64,000 bases of DNA, from contig JAFXVP010000009.1 of NCBI GenBank assembly GCA_017524445.1, forward strand, positions 28,702-92,701, written 5' to 3'. Below the pieces are notes generated by a model. That model saw only the letters and a list, made by a program, of their open reading frames with translations, had not been told where the DNA came from and searched no databases. Within the stretch, counting starts at the first letter, position 1. Each line of letters starts with the position of its first letter. This DNA is from Clostridia bacterium. GTDB lineage: Bacteria > Bacillota > Clostridia > Christensenellales > CAG-138. Shown in pieces: positions 59,975-64,000 of this stretch. The position numbers and the translations under genes are program-made.

Positions 59975-61645
59975 ATGGAGCGAAACAACAAAAACGGAAA
60001 GCTGATCGCGCTGATCGTGACGGTCATTGTGATCGCCGTGCTTGTCGCGCTGTTCGGCACGCTCTGCACCTGTCTCTGCACGGTCCGCGCCTGCCTCGGA
60101 TGGAACGCGTGCAGCGAATTCGAGTGGCTTCCCGATCACAGCGACGCATGGCTCGAAACCGAAGAGCCGGTCGCGCCGCCCGCAACGAAAGCGCCGACTG
60201 CCGCGCCCGAAACGCCCGCGCCGACCGCTTCCGCTTCCCTTTCCCCGCTCGACGACGAGCATCCCGTCGTGACGCAGGCGCCGAGCGATCCGTCCGCGTG
60301 GGTACGGCCGCATCAGGTACAGCTTAAAAACGACGGAACGGACACCGTGACGGTGCTCGTGCTGATGAACGGCTCCGATCTCGAATCCGAATACGGCGAA
60401 GCGTCGGACGACCTTGCCGAGATGGTCCGCGCCAAAAAGAGCGACCGCGTCAACATCCTGGTCGAAACGGTCGGTACGAAGAAGTGGGACAAACGTTTCG
60501 GCATCTCCTCGCGCCGTTCCGAGCGCTACCGGGTGACGGAAAGCGGGCTGAAGCTTTTGGACGGGACGCTTCCGCAGCTCGACACGACGATCCCCTCGAC
60601 GCTGTCCGATTTCATCCGCTGGGGCGTCGAGACGTGCCCCGCGGATCGTTATATCCTGCTTCTGTGGGATCACGGCGGCGGGCCGGTCTACGGCTTCGGC
60701 TACGACGAATTCCAGCCCTATACGGCGACGCTGACGATCGACGAGATGCAGACTGCGCTTTCGGACGGCGGCGTGTACTTTGACATGATCGGCATGGACT
60801 GCTGCCTGATGTCGTCGCTTGAGGTGTGCTGCGCGCTGTACGATTACTGCGACTATACACTTCTTTCCGAGGACTTCGAACCCGGCTGCGGCTGGTCGCA
60901 CGAAGGGTGGCTGACCGCGCTTGCAAACGATCCCGCGATCGACACGGAGGCGCTTGCGAAGATCGCGATCGACGATTCGATCCGTTACGCGGAAAAGCAC
61001 GTCGGCGAGGACGACGGCATGACGCTCGCGCTCATCGACGAAGCGTACCTGACGCTTCTCTACCCCACATGGGTCGAATTCGCCTACGCGAACGAGAACA
61101 CGCTCTTGTCCAGAAACTACAGCCAGCTTCGCGAATCGACAGGCCGCGTCCATCCGCGTCTGATACGCTCGGTTTCCGGCTGGTTCGAAGAGGGCGACGC
61201 GACGCTCGAGGACTACTGCATCACCGACATGCTGTCCCTTTCTTTGAACATCCCCTCCACGCAGTCCGACGCGCTTTCGGCAACGCTCAAACAGACGATC
61301 GTGTACTACGGCGCGACCTCCGGCGAAAAAACGCTCTCCGGGCTTTCGGTGACGCTGCCGTACGGCGACCGGGCGTTCTATGACGAGCTCCGGCGCGTAT
61401 TTATAAACGCGGGCATCGACGAAACGTACGTCGACTGGCTGAAAAAATTCGTCTCGGTGGAGGATGAGACCGCGTACTATGACTTCGGGAACTGGGGCGG
61501 CTGGGACGATTATTCCGGCGGCTACGACTGGAGCGACTGGGGCGGACTGTTCGGCGGCTACGACGACTGGACGGAGGACTGGACCGGCGACTGGGAAGTC
61601 GATGGCGTGGATATTGACGACGTGCTGGACTGGCTGTTCAGCTGA
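59975..61645 (+). CDS. Membrane-anchored clostripain-family (peptidase C11) protein with Trp/Asp/Gly-rich C-terminal tail
   Basis: TM plus Cys-rich juxtamembrane LFGTLCTCLCTVRACLGWNAC, PT/A linker, catalytic His YILLLWDHGGGP and Cys MIGMDCCLMSS. Tail NWGGWDDYSGGYDWSDWGGLFGGYDDWTEDWTGDWEVDG. Confidence 0.8.
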   Translation: MERNNKNGKLIALIVTVIVIAVLVALFGTLCTCLCTVRACLGWNACSEFEWLPDHSDAWLETEEPVAPPATKAPTAAPETPAPTASASLSPLDDEHPVVTQAPSDPSAWVRPHQVQLKNDGTDTVTVLVLMNGSDLESEYGEASDDLAEMVRAKKSDRVNILVETVGTKKWDKRFGISSRRSERYRVTESGLKLLDGTLPQLDTTIPSTLSDFIRWGVETCPADRYILLLWDHGGGPVYGFGYDEFQPYTATLTIDEMQTALSDGGVYFDMIGMDCCLMSSLEVCCALYDYCDYTLLSEDFEPGCGWSHEGWLTALANDPAIDTEALAKIAIDDSIRYAEKHVGEDDGMTLALIDEAYLTLLYPTWVEFAYANENTLLSRNYSQLRESTGRVHPRLIRSVSGWFEEGDATLEDYCITDMLSLSLNIPSTQSDALSATLKQTIVYYGATSGEKTLSGLSVTLPYGDRAFYDELRRVFINAGIDETYVDWLKKFVSVEDETAYYDFGNWGGWDDYSGGYDWSDWGGLFGGYDDWTEDWTGDWEVDGVDIDDVLDWLFS

Positions 61646-61659
61646 TGAAAGGAATCTGT

Positions 61660-62217
61660 ATGAAACGAGTTTTATTGATCATGGCGGCATGCCTTCTGCT
61701 GTGCCTGCCGCTTGCCTGCGCGAAAACGCCCGAAGAAGCGCCGGAAGCGCCTGCCGTGACCGTGCCGGAAACGCTGGACCTGACCCTGACGCTGCCGCTC
61801 GGCGCGCGGGACGACGTGACAAAAACGATCCCCGCATACGCCGCGGGATTTTCCGCAAAGGGCGGCGAAGCGCTGACGCTTACCCTTGCAAACGGCGATC
61901 CCACCGTCGCGGAAGGCGTACTTCATGAAAACGGCACGCTGTACGTGATCGCACACGGCGTGGGCGAAACGAAGATCACCGTGAACGCCGTGACCGCGTC
62001 CCAAGAGGAAAACGCCTCCGTCGTGTCCGTCACCGTACGCGACGCGCGCCGCACGCTTGCGCTGATCGTGCTCGGCGTGCTTGCCGTTGCGCTTTCAGTG
62101 CTGTTCGGAAAGCCGTCTGCAAAGAAGCCCGATCCCGCGCCGGAAGAGCCCGAAGAGACGCCCGACCCGGTCGTGATCTTTGAAGAAGAACCGAAAGATA
62201 CACCCGAAAGGAGTTAA
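61660..62217 (+). CDS. Lipoprotein with Ig-like (Big_2-like) domain and C-terminal TM anchor
   Basis: ATG at 61660 after AAAGGAA. Lipobox LPLAC. VIAHGVGETKITVNAV block; TM ALIVLGVLAVALSVLF; acidic Pro-rich tail. Confidence 0.6.
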   Translation: MKRVLLIMAACLLLCLPLACAKTPEEAPEAPAVTVPETLDLTLTLPLGARDDVTKTIPAYAAGFSAKGGEALTLTLANGDPTVAEGVLHENGTLYVIAHGVGETKITVNAVTASQEENASVVSVTVRDARRTLALIVLGVLAVALSVLFGKPSAKKPDPAPEEPEETPDPVVIFEEEPKDTPERS

Positions 62218-62220
62218 GTT

Positions 62221-63714
62221 ATGATTCAGGAAACCGTGGAACGCTATCGCACTTATTTGGAAAAGCTTCGCGCGTACGGACACGCGATGGGGCTGATGAG
62301 CTATGACATGAACACGATCATGCCGAAGGGCGCGGGTCCCGTCGTGGGCGCGACGTTCGGCGTTCTTTCCGAGGTCATGTACGACATGGTCACCGCGCAG
62401 GAGACCGTGGAGATGCAGCAGGAGATCCTCGCGCACCGCGACGAGGTCGAGCCCGCGATCGTGCGCACCGCGGAGCTTGCGATGGAGGAGCACGCGCGCG
62501 TCGCCTGCATCCCGAAGGACGAGTACGTACAGTACACGATCGACCGGACGACCGCCGATCAGGTATGGCACGAGGCGAAGCTCAAAAGCGATTTTGAAAT
62601 GTTCCGCCCGCATCTTGAAAAACTCGTCGCGGCGCAGAAGCGCTTTGCAAAGTATTATAAGCCCGACGCGCCGGTCTACGACACGATGCTGGACGCGTAC
62701 GAAAAGGGGCTCAACACCGCGACGCTCGACAAATTCTTTGCCGCTGTACGTGAAAAGCTCGTGCCCGTGATCGCAAAGATACAGAACCAGCCGGACGTCG
62801 GTTTTCTGCACACGCATTACCCGACCGCCGATCAGCGCGTCTTTTCGGACTATCTGATGGACGTGCTGGGGCTTGACAGAAACTACTGCGTCATCGGCGA
62901 GACGGAGCATCCGTTCACCACGAGCTTCACCAAATACGACGTGCGCATCACCACGCACTACCACGAGGATGCGGTCGAGGCGTCGATGTACAGCGTCATC
63001 CACGAGGGCGGTCACGCGACCTATGAACGCGGGATCGCGGATGAGATCGCAAAGCTGCCGATCGGCGGCGGCGTTTCGATGAGCGTGCACGAGTGCCAGT
63101 CGCGCTTCTTCGAGAACATCATCGGCCGCAGCGAGCCGTTCATTGTGGCGATCTTCCCGAAGATGCGGGAGATCTTCCCCGAGCAATTGAAGGACGTCAC
63201 CGCGCACGAATTTTACGTCGCGGTGAACCGAGCGGAGCCGTCGCTGATCCGCACGGAAGCGGATGAGCTCACGTATTCGCTGCACGTCATGGTTCGCTAC
63301 GAGCTCGAAAAGCGGCTGTTCAACGGCGATCTCGAAGTCAGGGACCTGCCCGCGGAGTGGAACCGCATGTATAAGGAATATCTCGGCGTCGACGTGCCGG
63401 ATGACCGCCGCGGCGTGCTGCAGGATTCGCACTGGTCGAGCGGGCTGTTCGGCTACTTCCCCTCCTACGCGCTCGGCAGTGCGTACGGCGCGCAGATGCT
63501 TCAACGCATGGAGCAGGATATCGACGTGTGGTCGAACGTGCGCGAAGGGAATCTGAAGCCCATCGTGGAATGGCTCACGGAGAAGATCTATCGCTTCGGC
63601 TGCATGAAGGAGCCGGTCGCTATGATGGAGGAGGTCTTCGGCGCGTCGTTCGACCCGACGTATTACACGGACTATCTGACGAAGAAATACAGCGAGCTGT
63701 ATCGTCTCGACTGA
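62221..63714 (+). CDS. Carboxypeptidase M32 (Taq-type metallocarboxypeptidase)
   Basis: HPF motif (GETEHPFTTSF), HExxH (VIHEGGHATYE), HESQS-like (VHECQSRFFEN) and IRTEADE motifs; 497 aa. Confidence 0.9.
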   Translation: MIQETVERYRTYLEKLRAYGHAMGLMSYDMNTIMPKGAGPVVGATFGVLSEVMYDMVTAQETVEMQQEILAHRDEVEPAIVRTAELAMEEHARVACIPKDEYVQYTIDRTTADQVWHEAKLKSDFEMFRPHLEKLVAAQKRFAKYYKPDAPVYDTMLDAYEKGLNTATLDKFFAAVREKLVPVIAKIQNQPDVGFLHTHYPTADQRVFSDYLMDVLGLDRNYCVIGETEHPFTTSFTKYDVRITTHYHEDAVEASMYSVIHEGGHATYERGIADEIAKLPIGGGVSMSVHECQSRFFENIIGRSEPFIVAIFPKMREIFPEQLKDVTAHEFYVAVNRAEPSLIRTEADELTYSLHVMVRYELEKRLFNGDLEVRDLPAEWNRMYKEYLGVDVPDDRRGVLQDSHWSSGLFGYFPSYALGSAYGAQMLQRMEQDIDVWSNVREGNLKPIVEWLTEKIYRFGCMKEPVAMMEEVFGASFDPTYYTDYLTKKYSELYRLD

Positions 63715-63798
63715 GTACAGAAAAGCAAAAAGACCGCTTCGGGCCACACTTCGCAAGGAAGTTGCTTTGAGGTAGGCATTACCGGCTAAAAAGGACAT

Positions 63799-63834
63799 GA
63801 AACGGGCGTGACCTCTATGGTCACGCCCGTTTTG
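63799..63834 (+). terminator. Rho-independent terminator
   Basis: AAACGGGCGTGACC-TCTA-TGGTCACGCCCGTTTT. Confidence 0.8.
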
Positions 63835-64000
63835 TCGCCATACTCCGGATTTTAGGGGGAAGATCCGATGCTCGTTTCAACTGTGGACAGCAGAAGACCT
63901 GTTCGAAAAACCGGCTTTTACCTGTGAGTGTACATACGAGTCATGCCTGCTTCTCCGCCATTTCTTTTTTCTCCGCAGCGCGGCGCCTGACATTTGATCT

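Noticed and set aside
63941-64000. Possible 3' end of a minus-strand gene at the right edge (..EKKEMAEKQA stop at 63941-63943)
   Set aside because: Only about 20 codons are visible and there is no recognisable motif, which is too little to support a call.

Overview
High-GC Gram-positive chromosome segment, Clostridia-like by inference (strong AGGAGG ribosome-binding sites, AddAB, a dockerin-bearing protein, clostripain-type proteases). Most of it is housekeeping: a cobalamin nucleotide-loop operon (cobT-cobU-cobS-cobU-like-cobC), ddh, glyA-folD, radA, tRNA-Thr(GGU), addAB, murA, rRNA/tRNA modification enzymes, pgm, deoD, uvrB, rsmA, feoAB, cdsA and an M32 carboxypeptidase. Four things stand out. 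(1) At 1810-10407 an 8.6-kb set of intact phage genes in P22 late-operon order (terS, terL, portal, scaffold, N4-gp56-type capsid, putative adaptor/hub/needle) has no lysogeny, replication, lysis or receptor-binding genes in view. (2) A lower-GC AlbA_2/HATPase_c_4 gene next to it is bracketed by 55-bp direct repeats, with a third partial copy at the rsmA 3' end. (3) At least four families of mosaic hairpin repeats fill nearly all long intergenic spacers, including the terL-portal spacer inside the phage cassette. (4) A small GIY-YIG nuclease gene sits inside tandem and inverted repeats in a low-GC islet. There are also several uncommon gene fusions (ECF S-component with type II pantothenate kinase, tandem RluA, FeoA-FeoB), a frameshifted dockerin protease gene and several Cys-rich envelope proteins. 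No rRNA, CRISPR array or recognisable IS transposase was seen. Many long ORFs in the supplied track are antisense artefacts of the high GC content. All family assignments come from motif recognition by eye and need database confirmation.
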